DNA of 64,000 bases from an uncultured Gemmatimonadales bacterium (GCA_963722825.1 CAVROI010000001.1:1381370-1445369), one strand, 5' to 3'; shown: positions 32,089 through 43,541, counted from the stretch's first letter. Notes: generated from the sequence alone by a model not told the origin. Numbers and translations are program-made.

Positions 32089-32269
32089 AGCGGGTAGATC
32101 TGATCCGCCATTTAGAGCAGCACGGCTGCATGCTGTTCCGCGACGTGGCAACCACTCGGTGTACATCACTCCGGCAACTCGCAAGACGTCGACGATCCCT
32201 CGTCATCGCGACATCAATGATCTTCTTGCCCGCAGGATCTGTAGAGATCTCCACATCCCGCCGCCCTGA
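32085..32269 (+). pseudogene. hicA: HicA toxin, 1-nt frameshift near 32146
   Basis: MKRVDLIRHLEQHGC... then GNHSVY...IPRHRDIND in a shifted frame. Confidence 0.8.
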
Positions 32270-32271
32270 CG

Positions 32272-32407
32272 CCTTAACGATTGGCGCATCAGCTGCAACG
32301 ACTCGCCCGTCCTGCACCAACCCTACGTTCCGCCGCTCGCCACCGGCGGGTGGCGGGCATTGGAGCGTCGCACGGAAGCGCTTGTCGGCTGGATGCGCGG
32401 GTTAGGC
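32272..32407 (-). repeat. attC site
   Basis: CCTTAAC...GTTAGGC. Confidence 0.8.
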
Positions 32408-32603
32408 AGCAGGCACAACGGTCCGGCCTCGCGGCCACCACGACGCCCAATACCGACGAATAGGGAGAGGAGAAGTGCGGCGCTCAGCGCGGCCAGCGCT
32501 GGGGCCGAATCGAAACGCTAACTCGGCGGTGACGTAATGCTCCGCGCCGACCCCGGTTAGTCCCGAGCTTGAGGCCACACAAATCCCGGATGACGGTGCC
32601 GCT

Positions 32604-32702
32604 GTCTAACGCCATAGCTCACCGGCGGGCGGACCAATCAAAGCGCCGGCGACGCCGGCGCAACCTCCTCAGATCGCCCGACAGGTGCGGCGTTCGTTAT
32701 AC
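32604..32702 (-). repeat. attC site of a different sequence family
   Basis: GTCTAAC...GTTATAC with an unrelated palindromic interior. Confidence 0.65.
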
Positions 32703-32768
32703 AGCACGCGAATAGCGGCTAACCGGAGAGAGCTTGATCCAGATGCGCACGGTGGACGTCCACTCCAC

Positions 32769-33332
32769 TTAGCGTCTTTCCAGGAACCCCCTGCCTTCGA
32801 ATATCGCGGGCATCGCCTTTTCGATGCGCGCCGACCGCGTCGCCGACTGCTTGGCCGCGGCAAAGTGGTACAGGTAACCCCTCTGCCGCCCTGGCGTCAG
32901 CGCCTCGAAGGCGCGCTTGGAACGCGGGTCCCTTCGGAACTGCTCGCTCAGCTCCTCGGGAACCGGAAGATCTGAGGTCCTCTTCCGCTTCATCCGCAGC
33001 CCAGCGTTCTCGACTGCGATGGCCTCGCGCACGTAGGCCTTGATGGTCGCCGCCTTCGCCGTGATGTCCTTCACGCTGGTGAACTTCATCACGCGCGCTG
33101 CGTGCACCTGGCCGAGCTGCACCAGCACCTTCTTGGGGTCCTTCAGCAGGGCGCCTTGAAAGAAGCCCAGCCCGAAGTACTCTTTGAAGCCCTGCATGAT
33201 GACGATGTTCTTTCCATCCACTGTGTAGGTGGGCTTACCCCACTTACACTCCTCCTTCATCGCCAAGCCGGCGAGCACCTGCCGCATCTCCGCAATCTCT
33301 GCCTCCCACCGCTCTCGATATGCCATTTCCAT
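32769..33332 (-). CDS. YdeI/OmpD-associated family protein (DUF1801)
   Basis: KWGKPTY, FFQGALLKDP, LTPGRQRGY. Confidence 0.9.
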   Translation of the reverse strand: MEMAYRERWEAEIAEMRQVLAGLAMKEECKWGKPTYTVDGKNIVIMQGFKEYFGLGFFQGALLKDPKKVLVQLGQVHAARVMKFTSVKDITAKAATIKAYVREAIAVENAGLRMKRKRTSDLPVPEELSEQFRRDPRSKRAFEALTPGRQRGYLYHFAAAKQSATRSARIEKAMPAIFEGRGFLERR

Positions 33333-33637
33333 GCAAGCACCGTCCTCCACAATCGTTTGGCACAACGTCTTGTTTCCTCAACTTCGTTGCTACGCGCTGC
33401 TCCGGTCGTGCATGTTCGGTGCAGGCCATCTATTCTAGTTCGGCGCCTACGTCCCGCTCGGTTCGTCAGCTTAACCGCGCCTCGTGCGGACCGTGCGTCC
33501 AGTCGAGGGGCCGTACCTCGCTTGTAGGGTGTGCGCCGCGCGCCGCGTCCACGACAACACAGGGCGACGACCATTCAATTGCTGTCGGCCGTGAAGGGCC
33601 CGTGAAGTCGACGGGCGCATGGAGCAGCCTGTCTGCT

Positions 33638-33774
33638 GGCTAACGACTTGCGCATCAGCTGCAAGCGACTCGCCCGCCCCGCACTATCCAACGTTCCATT
33701 GAACCCCCATCGGAGTTCCGCCTGCAACTGAGCCTCGATCGGACGCGCTTTTCGGCTGCATGCGCCGGGTAGGC
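33638..33774 (-). repeat. attC site, degenerate
   Basis: GGCTAAC...GGTAGGC. Confidence 0.7.
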
Positions 33775-33795
33775 GGCGGCCAGCGGCGCATGGCG

Positions 33796-34172
33796 TCACG
33801 GGTCTTCAACCTTCGGGAACAGACTCCCAATCAAAGCGCCGACTACTCCGCCGGCTAGCCCACCCAGGTAAAAGCCCGCCGGGGAGTGCGCCTCCCACTC
33901 GCCCGCGGTGTCCGAGTTCCGGCATAATGCGTCCACCAGGAGGCCCAACCCGAGCCCCACGGTGACGCCGCCGATGAGCGCGCCTTCCTTCCAGTGCGTG
34001 GGACGGATCTCGCGCCGTACCGAATCGAAAACCAGAGACTGCCGGAGTGGGCCCGGGGCGGCCGCGCCGAGCACTTGGCTCGGCACCGGGCCGGGCATCC
34101 GGCCAGGCGCCCATTGGGCCAGGGCCACGACCAAGAGGATGAGGAGCAGGACGACTGGAGCAGCGGGCGCAT
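33796..34172 (-). pseudogene. Glycine-zipper membrane protein, probable 5' frameshift
   Basis: THWKEGALIGG...GALIGSLFPK; ATG at 34172 out of frame. Confidence 0.5.
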
Positions 34173-34268
34173 CGATCCACCTCTGAAGGGTTTCCCTCAG
34201 TGTGGCGTATCGCCCTGACCGCGGCGTGACCTACGCCTGTCCTCAGCGCAACGGCTTCGCCGCCGTCC

Positions 34269-34347
34269 GCCTAACGCATGGAAATCAGGTGCAGGTCCTA
34301 TGAACGCCCGCGCCTTTCGGCCTGTCGGCTGCATTTGCGGGTTAGGC
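34269..34347 (-). repeat. Short attC site (79 bp)
   Basis: GCCTAAC...GGCTGCATTTGCGGGTTAGGC. Confidence 0.75.
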
Positions 34348-34408
34348 CGCGCCATTCGAGATATTAGGATTCTCTTCTTTGTTATTGACCGACCGACGAT
34401 CGCGCCGT

Positions 34409-35836
34409 TCAGCTTGCCCACCACTGCAGTGGATCCATCGCGCAGGCGATTCCTTCCCAGTCGGGATCTCCACCGTCCCGGCGATCCGCATTCTGCTCAG
34501 CCACGGTCCGAAACACGCGGAGCGCCGATCGACCATCGAGCGCGGATGTGTCCTGTTCGAGATGCTCCGCTAGGAGTTCGCAGCGTAATGCGCGCGCGGC
34601 TACCGCATCGGCGAAGGCGATGTTGAGCTCACTGTTGCCATATATGGACGATTGGTGGAGGTTGCAGGAGCCGACCGTCGCCCAGACATCATCGATGATC
34701 ATGAGTTTGGCATGCACGTGAACCGGTCGGCGTGCGCCATTGCCATCTGGTCCGGCCAGTCCTGCTAGGGTGAAATGCGACGTGCGCGCCAGCGTGCGGC
34801 GTTCGTCACGGCACAGCTCGCCGTGGCGATCCGCAGGTGCGTCGATGCTGCTGGCCACTGTCGGCAACACCAGGGCGACCGCCACGCCGCGCTTCACCGC
34901 GGCGACAAGCTCTTCAAGGATTGGCCGCACACTGATGGCTTGGTTCTCAAGATAGATGTACTCGCGGGCAGCGCGGATGGCATGGATGTACTGGTCGCGA
35001 TTGGAGAACTCACCGTCGGCGATGGCAAACGGAGCCCCGCCGGGAGTGGGGTGGGTGTTGGCGTAGCGGCCAGGATGGATCGTCCGTTGCACTTGGGCGA
35101 CGGTGGGTCCACGTACCGCCGCTACCCGGTCTGGAAAGGCGAGATCGCGATCAGCATCGGGTCCCCACCGACCGTCCGCCTCGTCCCGTTCGCTGGCCTC
35201 ATTCCAGCGTTGCACAAAGTTGTGGTGGATGTCTGTGACTGCCGGACCGCTGATCTCGAGATACATGTCGTGATTATGTTCAGCGCCACGATGGCCGGGG
35301 GTAACCACCGAATGGGGATTGAGATTGATGCCACCGACAAACGCACAGGCCGTTTCCAACCCAACGTCGATGAGCCAGAGTTTTTGATGTTGACAGAATC
35401 CAGGGTGCGCGCGATCCCAGCGAATGCTGATCTCCGATGCCTGCTGCTCCAGCAGCTCGACATGCGCGGGCGACCCCCAGAAAGCATTAGTCCGCAGAGA
35501 CGCAGTCGCATCATCGGGTCGCCAAAATAGCACCCGGACGTCGAGTCCACGCTGGCGCGCTCGCGTCAGTACGTCAAAGAACGAACCGCGACCATCAGGC
35601 ATCTGAAAGCTCGCCCAGAGAAACGTGACGGCGACCCACACCCGCGCTTGGGCCTGATCAATGGCGTCACAAGCCCGGCGAAATGCAGGCTCGCCATCAA
35701 TGAGCGGGTGGACGCGATTGCCCGCACGTACCGGGTAGGCGCCGGTGGTGGCAAATGGAATATGAGTCACCCGACAGCGACTTCCAGCCAGACCGTGTTC
35801 GCGCCGGGTTTGCTGTCGACCAAGGTGCCGTCGCAA
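34409..35836 (-). CDS. Phospholipase D superfamily protein
   Basis: Two HxKxxxxD motifs (HQKLWLID, HAKLMIID); start uncertain. Confidence 0.85.
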   Translation of the reverse strand: MRRHLGRQQTRREHGLAGSRCRVTHIPFATTGAYPVRAGNRVHPLIDGEPAFRRACDAIDQAQARVWVAVTFLWASFQMPDGRGSFFDVLTRARQRGLDVRVLFWRPDDATASLRTNAFWGSPAHVELLEQQASEISIRWDRAHPGFCQHQKLWLIDVGLETACAFVGGINLNPHSVVTPGHRGAEHNHDMYLEISGPAVTDIHHNFVQRWNEASERDEADGRWGPDADRDLAFPDRVAAVRGPTVAQVQRTIHPGRYANTHPTPGGAPFAIADGEFSNRDQYIHAIRAAREYIYLENQAISVRPILEELVAAVKRGVAVALVLPTVASSIDAPADRHGELCRDERRTLARTSHFTLAGLAGPDGNGARRPVHVHAKLMIIDDVWATVGSCNLHQSSIYGNSELNIAFADAVAARALRCELLAEHLEQDTSALDGRSALRVFRTVAEQNADRRDGGDPDWEGIACAMDPLQWWAS

Positions 35837-35922
35837 TCAGAAACGATTAGGCCTGAATGCATGCACGTATCCGCGATAGTGATGCGAGTCGTGTCTTATC
35901 CTACCAAGATGCTCGCGCGTCC

Positions 35923-36040
35923 GCCTAACGACCTGCGCATCAGCTGCAAGCGACTCCCTCGCCTTGCGCTATCCTACGTTCCATTGCACGGCCATCGGCG
36001 GGTGGGGATCATCGGAGCCCGACTCAGACGCGTTTGATGC
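35923..36040 (-). repeat. attC site, right end lost
   Basis: GCCTAACGACCTGCGCATCAGCTGC; no GTTRRRY. Confidence 0.6.
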
Positions 36041-36104
36041 CTGGCGCGTGACGACGATAGAGTTTAATGAGGGTCGAGCAACCCACAGTTGACGGAGTGT
36101 CACT

Positions 36105-36482
36105 ATGGATGATTTAACAACAAGGGAGCCAGCCAACGATCCCCAGGATTTGGAGCGATTGTTGGTAGCGAGAGAGAACGCGGGAGATGTTACTGGCATG
36201 ACGGCGTTGTTCGAGCCAGACGCGGTAGTTGACATTGGCGGTGGAACGTTCCTGCGTGGCAAAGAGGCCATTCACGAGTTTTTTACTAAACTCCAGGTTA
36301 CGGGGTTTGGACCGGAAAAACGAAAGTTCGAGTTCGGAGAACAGCGACCAGCGCTCATTTGCGGTGATCTGGCCCTCACCTCGACGCGCAGCCGTAATGG
36401 TACCGTGACCTCGGAAGTTGCGCGGCGCCAGAAGGATGGAACGTGGCTATGGGTGATTGACAGGTATTCCGTCTCTTGGTGA
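36105..36482 (+). CDS. NTF2/SnoaL-like (YybH) protein
   Basis: TSEVARRQKDGTWLWVID. Confidence 0.85.
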   Translation: MDDLTTREPANDPQDLERLLVARENAGDVTGMTALFEPDAVVDIGGGTFLRGKEAIHEFFTKLQVTGFGPEKRKFEFGEQRPALICGDLALTSTRSRNGTVTSEVARRQKDGTWLWVIDRYSVSW

Positions 36483-36684
36483 TTGGCAGGTGTGCCGTCA
36501 CCTAAGCGCTCTCTTGCGCGGGCGCTTACGACTCAGCCTGCGAGGCAGACTAGTCATTTGATAGGCGAGGGATACGAGTTCCAATCAGAACCTGCCCGGC
36601 GCCAACCAGCGAACCAAGATACCCTCCACGGCCTAACGGACCGCGCTTCTGCTGCGGGGCGCGGCGGCCCCGCCATGCACCCCA

Positions 36685-36730
36685 TTGCATGCCGCCCCGC
36701 CAAGTTGTATACTGAACCACATGGTTCAGT
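36685..36730 (+). promoter_or_regulatory. Sigma70-type promoter with palindromic operator
   Basis: TTGCAT-17bp-TATACT; inverted repeat ACTGAACCA-CA-TGGTTCAGT spans the ATG. Confidence 0.75.
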
Positions 36731-37086
36731 CTTTCCAAAACCACTTCGATGCCTCGTTCGGCGCGCTCTCGGACGCCACCCGACGCGGCGTTCTGGAGCA
36801 ACTCGGGCGCGCGGACGCTTCGATCACGGCCCTTGCCGAGAGGTTCCACATGACCCTCACAGGCATAAAGAAACATGTAGGCGTCTTGGAGGAAGCGGGG
36901 CTCGTCACCACGGAGAAGGTCGGGCGCGTGCGGACCTGTAGGCTCGGCCGCCGCGGACTGCAAGAAGAGGCGGCATGGATCGAGAGGTACCGCCAGCTCT
37001 GGAGCGCACGCTTCGACGAGTTGGACAACGTTGTCGAGGAATTAACTCGGAAGGAGAGAATCGATGGACGAAAGAAGAGCAAGTGA
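36721..37086 (+). CDS. ArsR/SmtB family regulator
   Basis: FGALSDATRR, KHVGVLEEAGLV. Confidence 0.9.
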   Translation: MVQSFQNHFDASFGALSDATRRGVLEQLGRADASITALAERFHMTLTGIKKHVGVLEEAGLVTTEKVGRVRTCRLGRRGLQEEAAWIERYRQLWSARFDELDNVVEELTRKERIDGRKKSK

Positions 37087-37573
37087 GGCGACCCCCACGA
37101 AGAACCACACGACGGTGGAACGGAAGTCCGAGCGCGAACTCGTCGTCACACGAACCGTAAACGGTCCTGCGCGCCTCGTGTTCGAGGCGTGGACCAAGGC
37201 AGAACTATTCAGGAGGTGGTGGGTGCCAAAGTCGTATGGGCTGACCCTGCTTTCCTGCGAAATGGATGTTCGCGTTGGGGGGCAGTATCGTTTGGTGTTT
37301 CGCCACGAAGATTCGACGATGGAGTTCTTCGGCACGTACCTCGAAGTGACACCGCACTCACGCCTCGTTTGGACCAATGAGGAAGGAGACAACGGCAAGA
37401 CCATCACCACGGTGACCTTCGAGGAAAACGCCGGCAGGACGTTGTTGGTCGTGCACGATCTCTATCCCTCGAAAGAAGCGCTCGACTCCGGATCGACGGG
37501 CGCGATGCCCGAGGCGCTCGACCAACTCGACGAGCTTCTCGCCAGCCTGGGATCAAGTACTGAGACACAATGA
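37064..37573 (+). CDS. SRPBCC/AHSA1 family protein
   Basis: VFEAWT, DVRVGGQYR. Confidence 0.9.
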   Translation: MDERRASEATPTKNHTTVERKSERELVVTRTVNGPARLVFEAWTKAELFRRWWVPKSYGLTLLSCEMDVRVGGQYRLVFRHEDSTMEFFGTYLEVTPHSRLVWTNEEGDNGKTITTVTFEENAGRTLLVVHDLYPSKEALDSGSTGAMPEALDQLDELLASLGSSTETQ

Positions 37574-37788
37574 CGCAGCCAATGCATCAAACAAAGAAGC
37601 GTGTGGCCGGCCGCGATCGTAAGAAAAGTGCCCCAGGCAAGCACCCTGCGAAGCTGCTAGTCGGCATGACTGGCAAGGCAAGCGCCGCGAAGACCGCAAC
37701 AGGCCCCGAACCCGTGTGCGCGTACATGGCTAGCTTCGGGAGGGGACCAAAGATTCCCGTCGTGGGTGAGTTTGCAAGGAGTACTTAG

Positions 37789-38654
37789 ATGAAACGGAAT
37801 TACTCCAGCGTGCGGACAACAGCTTTCCTCCTGATGACGCTCGTGGCGACTGACGCGTCGGCGCAGCAGGAGCCAATGACCGGCTACGCGCCAATCAACG
37901 GAATCAACATGTACTACGAAGTCCACGGCAGCGGCGAACCGGTGGTGTTGCTTCACGGCGCGTTCATGACCATCACCAACAACTGGGACGGGTGGATCGG
38001 CGAGCTCTCCAAAACGCGGACAGTAATTGCCGTCGACATGCAGGGTCACGGCCGGACGGCGGACGTCCCACGAGATATCACCTACGAACACCTCGCCGAC
38101 GACGTGGCCGCACTGCTCAATTATCTCAAGATCCCGCGAGCGGACCTTATCGCTACAGCATGGGCGGAGCCGTGGCGATGCAGTGTGCGATCCGCCATCC
38201 GGACAAAGTGCGAAGGGCAGTCATCATTTCGTCCACGTTCCGCCGTGACGGCATGATCGCGGAAGCGCTCGACGCTGTCCCGAAACTCACGGCGGACGCT
38301 TTCAAAGGCTCGCCCATTGAGGCCGAGTACAAGAAGCTGAGTCCGACTCCGGACGACGTTCCGAACTTCGTCCAGCGAATCGTCGCCACGGCCTCGAAAG
38401 GGTACGACTTCGGAGCCGACAAGCTTAAGGCCACCACGACGCCCATGTTTTTCGTCCACGGCGACGCTGACGGCGTGCGGCTCGCGCACGTCGCGGAGAT
38501 GTTTCGCCTAAAGGGTGGCGAGATCCACGGCGACATGAAGCCGCGCTCCGCATCACGTTTGGCCATCTTGCCCAACACCACTCACGTGACATTGATGCAG
38601 CGCATGCCCATCATCGTCCCAATGGTGAACGACTTTCTCGACGCAAAGCCGTAG
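37789..38654 (+). pseudogene. Alpha/beta hydrolase, frameshift near 38150
   Basis: LLHGA...QGHGRT in one frame, YSMGG in the next. Confidence 0.8.
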
Positions 38655-38767
38655 CCATGCTACGGTCCCGTGGCAGAAGTGGTCCCGTCTTTTCTGTACA
38701 AGTCTGAGCCGGGGGAGATAACGCGAGGCGACGGGCGAGTGGTTAGGCAGCGCGTGCGTGCGGTCGA

Positions 38768-39007
38768 TCATCGTGTGGCGCTCAGCAAGCATTGCGGGTC
38801 GACGATCGGATCGAGGAGATCGCCTAGCGCAGGCCACGCGGCCACTGCCCAGATGATCACTGCCGGTACCACGAGCCAAAAGCGCAGGCGAGCCAGTAGG
38901 TAGCCGGCGATTGCGAGAACAAGGGCGACCGGCCACACGGTGCCGAGGTGGGGCTCCTTGTCCATTACCTCGAGGGCTACTACGAGCAACGACAAAAGGA
39001 ACCGCAA
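38768..39007 (-). CDS. Hypothetical membrane protein
   Basis: EVMDKEP, TM helices. Confidence 0.55.
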   Translation of the reverse strand: MRFLLSLLVVALEVMDKEPHLGTVWPVALVLAIAGYLLARLRFWLVVPAVIIWAVAAWPALGDLLDPIVDPQCLLSATR

Positions 39008-39029
39008 TGGTTACGTGCAGTCTTGTATC

Positions 39030-40148
<1,119 letters not shown>

Positions 40149-40163
40149 CTTTCAAGACAGTTG

Positions 40164-40300
40164 CTAACGACTGGCGCATCAGCTGCAAGCGACTCGCTCG
40201 CGCATGCAACAAGCTTACATTCCGCCGCCCACCATCGGCGAGTTGCCTTTGCTAGGAATCCGGTTCGGGCGCGCTTGTCGGCTGCATGGGCATGTTAGGC
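40164..40300 (-). repeat. attC site (R' abutting IS110)
   Basis: CTAACGACTGG...GTTAGGC. Confidence 0.85.
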
Positions 40301-40301
40301 G

Positions 40302-41409
40302 CCGCGGATTCATATACTAAGCGCCACAGATCCCCGAACGAGTACGGTGACCTGCAGACCCGGTAGACTTCAATTCTCCTCCAAGAGAATGAAGACGCCC
40401 ATGTATCCACAGATCACCGCCGCGGAAAGATACACTCTCGCCCTCCTCCGCCGGCGCGGCTACAGCGCCGCCGCCATCGCCCGGGTGTTGGGCCGCCACC
40501 GCAGCACCATCGGCTGCGAGGTCCGCCGCAACGCCACCCGCTACGACGGCGGCTACCGCCCCGAGCTGGCCGATGGGTACGCCCGGACCCGGCGCTCCCA
40601 CTCCCGCCGCAACCAGCGCTTCTCGCCCGCCGACTGGGCCCAGGTCTACGCTCGGTTACGCCAGCAGTGGAGCCCGGAGCAGGTGGCCGGCCGTTTCCGA
40701 CGCGAGCACCAGCTCCGCATCAGCCACGAGACCATCTACCGCCACATCTGGGCCGACAAGCGCGCCGGCGGGAGTCTCTACACCCACCTGCGCGGCGCCC
40801 GAAAGCAGTGCCGCAAGCGCTACGGCCACTACGACAGTCGGGGCCGGCTCGCCGGGAAACGACCGATCACCGCGCGGCCGGCGATCGTGGAGACGCGGCG
40901 CCGGATCGGCGACTGGGAGGCCGATACCATCCTCGGCACCGAGGGCACTCGCCCCTGCCTCTTGAGCCTGGTCGAGCGGAAGACCGGGTACCTCGTGCTC
41001 GGGAAGCTGGGTGCCCGCACCCCGGCTGAAGTGAACCGGTGCGCCATTGCTCCGCTCCGGCAGCAGCCCCACCCGGTGCACACCCTCACCACCGACAATG
41101 GGACCGAGTTCCACGGCTACGCCGCGCTCGAAGCCCGGACCACCGCGCGGGTCTACTTCGCCACCCCGCATCATGCCTGGGAGCGCGGCACCAACGAGAA
41201 CACCAATGGCCTGGTGCGGCAGTACGTCCCCAAGCGGACCAGTCTGGCCCCCCTCACCCAGCAGGACTGCACCCGCATCGCCCGCCGGCTCAACCACCGC
41301 CCGCGGAAGCGCCTCGCCTACCGTACCCCGGAGGAATGCTATGCCCGATGAACCCCGACGAAACACCCGCTATCGCGGCGAACGTTGCACTTCAAAGTTG
41401 AGCTTACGC
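40302..41409 (+). mobile_element. IS30-family element
   Basis: IS30 transposase flanked by imperfect ~26-bp IRs; ends approximate. Confidence 0.85.
40401..41351 (+). CDS. IS30 transposase
   Basis: WSPEQ, GDWEADT, DNGTEF, WERGTNENTNG, RPRKRL. Confidence 0.95.
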   Translation: MYPQITAAERYTLALLRRRGYSAAAIARVLGRHRSTIGCEVRRNATRYDGGYRPELADGYARTRRSHSRRNQRFSPADWAQVYARLRQQWSPEQVAGRFRREHQLRISHETIYRHIWADKRAGGSLYTHLRGARKQCRKRYGHYDSRGRLAGKRPITARPAIVETRRRIGDWEADTILGTEGTRPCLLSLVERKTGYLVLGKLGARTPAEVNRCAIAPLRQQPHPVHTLTTDNGTEFHGYAALEARTTARVYFATPHHAWERGTNENTNGLVRQYVPKRTSLAPLTQQDCTRIARRLNHRPRKRLAYRTPEECYAR

Positions 41410-41447
41410 TGCTTGCGGTCTTAGGCATCCCATGGTTATACTGGGGT

Positions 41448-41684
41448 ATGAAGACAGCTATTTCTCTCCCCGATGCCCTGTTTCGCGCCGGCGACGCCCT
41501 CGCCAAACGGATGAAGCTCAGCCGCAGTGAGCTCTACGCCCGCGCCCTCGCCGAGTTCTTGGCCAAACATCGTTCGGAGCAGCTGACCCAGCGACTCAAC
41601 GCGGTGTACGCCACTGAGGACAGTTCCCTGGACCCGGCGCTCGCCCGCCTTCAGGCCAAGTCCCTGCCTCGCGACGAGTGGTAG
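41448..41684 (+). CDS. Ribbon-helix-helix antitoxin (MazE/ChpI-like)
   Basis: MKTAISLPDALF...SRSELY; TATACT just upstream. Confidence 0.85.
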   Translation: MKTAISLPDALFRAGDALAKRMKLSRSELYARALAEFLAKHRSEQLTQRLNAVYATEDSSLDPALARLQAKSLPRDEW

Positions 41685-41693
41685 GCCACCCCC

Positions 41694-42038
41694 ATGGAGC
41701 TCGCCCGAGGCGAGATCTGGTGGGCGGACCTCCCTGAGCCTCAGGGCTCGGAACCGGGCTATCGCCACCCTTTGCTGATCGTCCAGAACGATGCCTTTAA
41801 TCGGAGCCGCCTCCGGACCACCATCGCCGTCGTCCTGAGCACCAATGTCCGTTTACTCGACGCGCCTGGCAACGTGCTCGTCCCGGCCAAGGCGTCAGGT
41901 TTGCCGCGGGACTCCATTGCCAACGTGTCACAGATCCTCACCGTCGATCGGGCCGCCCTCACCGAGCGCGTTGGCCGCGTCTCGGTCAGTCTGATCGAGC
42001 AAGTGGCGTACGGGCTCCGCTTGGCGCTCGCTTTGTAA
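41694..42038 (+). CDS. mazF: MazF/PemK toxin
   Basis: RGEIWWADL, GSEPGYRHP, QND.FN. Confidence 0.9.
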   Translation: MELARGEIWWADLPEPQGSEPGYRHPLLIVQNDAFNRSRLRTTIAVVLSTNVRLLDAPGNVLVPAKASGLPRDSIANVSQILTVDRAALTERVGRVSVSLIEQVAYGLRLALAL

Positions 42039-42051
42039 CCGGTTGCAAGCA

Positions 42052-42168
42052 GCCGGACGACCGGCGCATCAGCGGCAAGCGATCATGCCCGCGCACACAC
42101 AAACTTACGCCTCCTTAGTAGCGCTCCAGGAGGGCGCCGCCCGGGCGGGGCTTTGCGCAGGTTTAGAC
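42052..42168 (-). repeat. attC site, degenerate
   Basis: GACCGGCGCATCAGCGGC...TTTAGAC. Confidence 0.55.
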
Positions 42169-42798
42169 AGCGCCGCGCCTTGGCTTGCGGCCACTCGGCC
42201 GACGGCCAGGTGATGCCGGATGGCCGAGACGGACATTGATCGCCGCAAGCTCAAGCCCCTCGGGGTCGTATACCCGACCCAGCCATCTCCGGTATTCACG
42301 AGCCGCCGCTGACCGCGGCTCCCGCAGCGCCGCGACCAGTTCCTCGTAGCCGCCTACCCCGCCACAATCTTCCGGCGGGCAGGCGCGGGCCCCACCCAGG
42401 CAAACCGGCAGGAGAACGTCGCGGGGCAGCGGCACCACGCCCTCTACCGTGACGTCGTGTTGCCAGTCGTCCCCGAAGTCGTAGGTGTACTGGAACTTCG
42501 TTCCTTGCACCAAGGCCAAGTCATCGATAGTGAACGCCTGCGGATCGGGTGCCATGGGGTCCCGGTCCTCGGGATCCGGATCTTCGTAGCAAGTCTCGCC
42601 GATCTCAAACTGGTAGAGATGGTAGTCCTGCCAGCCCATCGCCGCCTGCAAGATCCCGTGAAGGTTATGGAGCGTTCGCGTCCCCGGGACCGCGATTCGC
42701 CGCCAGATCGGCGGCTCGATCTCGGACAATCGCACGTTGAAGAGGTAGAGGCGAGCAGTGACGGAGGCCCGCTTGCCTGCACCGACTCTCACGATCAT
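42163..42798 (-). CDS. Plasmid pRiA4b ORF-3 family protein
   Basis: PPIWRRI, HLYQF, YDFGDDW, CPPEDCGG; start uncertain. Confidence 0.85.
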   Translation of the reverse strand: MIVRVGAGKRASVTARLYLFNVRLSEIEPPIWRRIAVPGTRTLHNLHGILQAAMGWQDYHLYQFEIGETCYEDPDPEDRDPMAPDPQAFTIDDLALVQGTKFQYTYDFGDDWQHDVTVEGVVPLPRDVLLPVCLGGARACPPEDCGGVGGYEELVAALREPRSAAAREYRRWLGRVYDPEGLELAAINVRLGHPASPGRRPSGRKPRRGAV

Positions 42799-42824
42799 TG
42801 CTGTTGATAGGCTCCGTTGGCGCT

Positions 42825-42965
42825 GTCTAACGACCTGCAAATCAGCTGCAGGCGATCATGCCCGCGCCGGCAGACATCAACGCTTCACTGTCTGGCCACG
42901 GGAAGGCCGCGCCCGAGCGGAACGCTAGCCGTCCGGCCCCGGCGGCTGCATTTTGCGGGTTAGGC
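42825..42965 (-). repeat. attC site
   Basis: GTCTAAC...GTTAGGC. Confidence 0.85.
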
Positions 42966-43386
42966 TGCACCGTTTGAGATAGTCGCGCAGCGGCCGGTCG
43001 TCCCGCACCATGTGGTCGCTGATGTGGAACACCTCCTTCAGGCGTTCATGCTCCAGCGCCTCCGCCCGATCCAACATCCGGCCGAGAAGCCCAACCCCGT
43101 TCCAGGGGGACTCTGCTGCGTCTACAACAGTGACTTGGTATTCGGACTCAGCGGACCGGACGCGCAAGGCAAAGGCCACCCGGTCCCAGGGCTCGGAGCC
43201 CTTGCCCCATTCGCCAATCGATACAACCGCGTCCACCACGCGCGGATGATGAGTCACTCCGAAGCGCGCATAGTATATGGCGTAGGCGTCACCGTCTTCA
43301 TGCACGAAGCGAGTCAGCGACGTGGTGATGCCGCCACAGCAATCACACTTCACGGAGGTCGGCTCGGAGAATTCAATAGTCAGCAT
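42925..43386 (-). CDS. Hypothetical protein
   Basis: CDCCG N-terminus; reads into attC. Confidence 0.65.
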   Translation of the reverse strand: MLTIEFSEPTSVKCDCCGGITTSLTRFVHEDGDAYAIYYARFGVTHHPRVVDAVVSIGEWGKGSEPWDRVAFALRVRSAESEYQVTVVDAAESPWNGVGLLGRMLDRAEALEHERLKEVFHISDHMVRDDRPLRDYLKRCSLTRKMQPPGPDG

Positions 43387-43403
43387 GGATGCTCATTGGC
43401 GCT

Positions 43404-43541
43404 GTCCAACGACGTGCGCATCAGCTGCAAGCGACTCGCTCGCTCATGCAGCAATCCTACGTTCCGCCGCCCGCCACCGGCGGGTGGCGGACACCGTCAC
43501 TCCGCTAGGAAGCGCTTGTCGGCTGCATGCGCTTGTTAGGC
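43404..43541 (-). repeat. attC site
   Basis: GTCCAAC...GTTAGGC. Confidence 0.9.

Noticed and set aside
34409..35836. PLD protein as an anti-phage nuclease
   Set aside because: The two-HKD architecture resembles cardiolipin synthase/PLD; no helicase or defence partner adjacent
38716..38748. Mini attC (AGATAAC...GTTAGGC)
   Set aside because: Too short and lacks L boxes; at most a remnant
39022..39023. CT as a classical target-site duplication; terminal IRs of IS110
   Set aside because: IS110 recombination uses a shared core; no terminal or subterminal IRs are evident, so this is not an IS1111-type element
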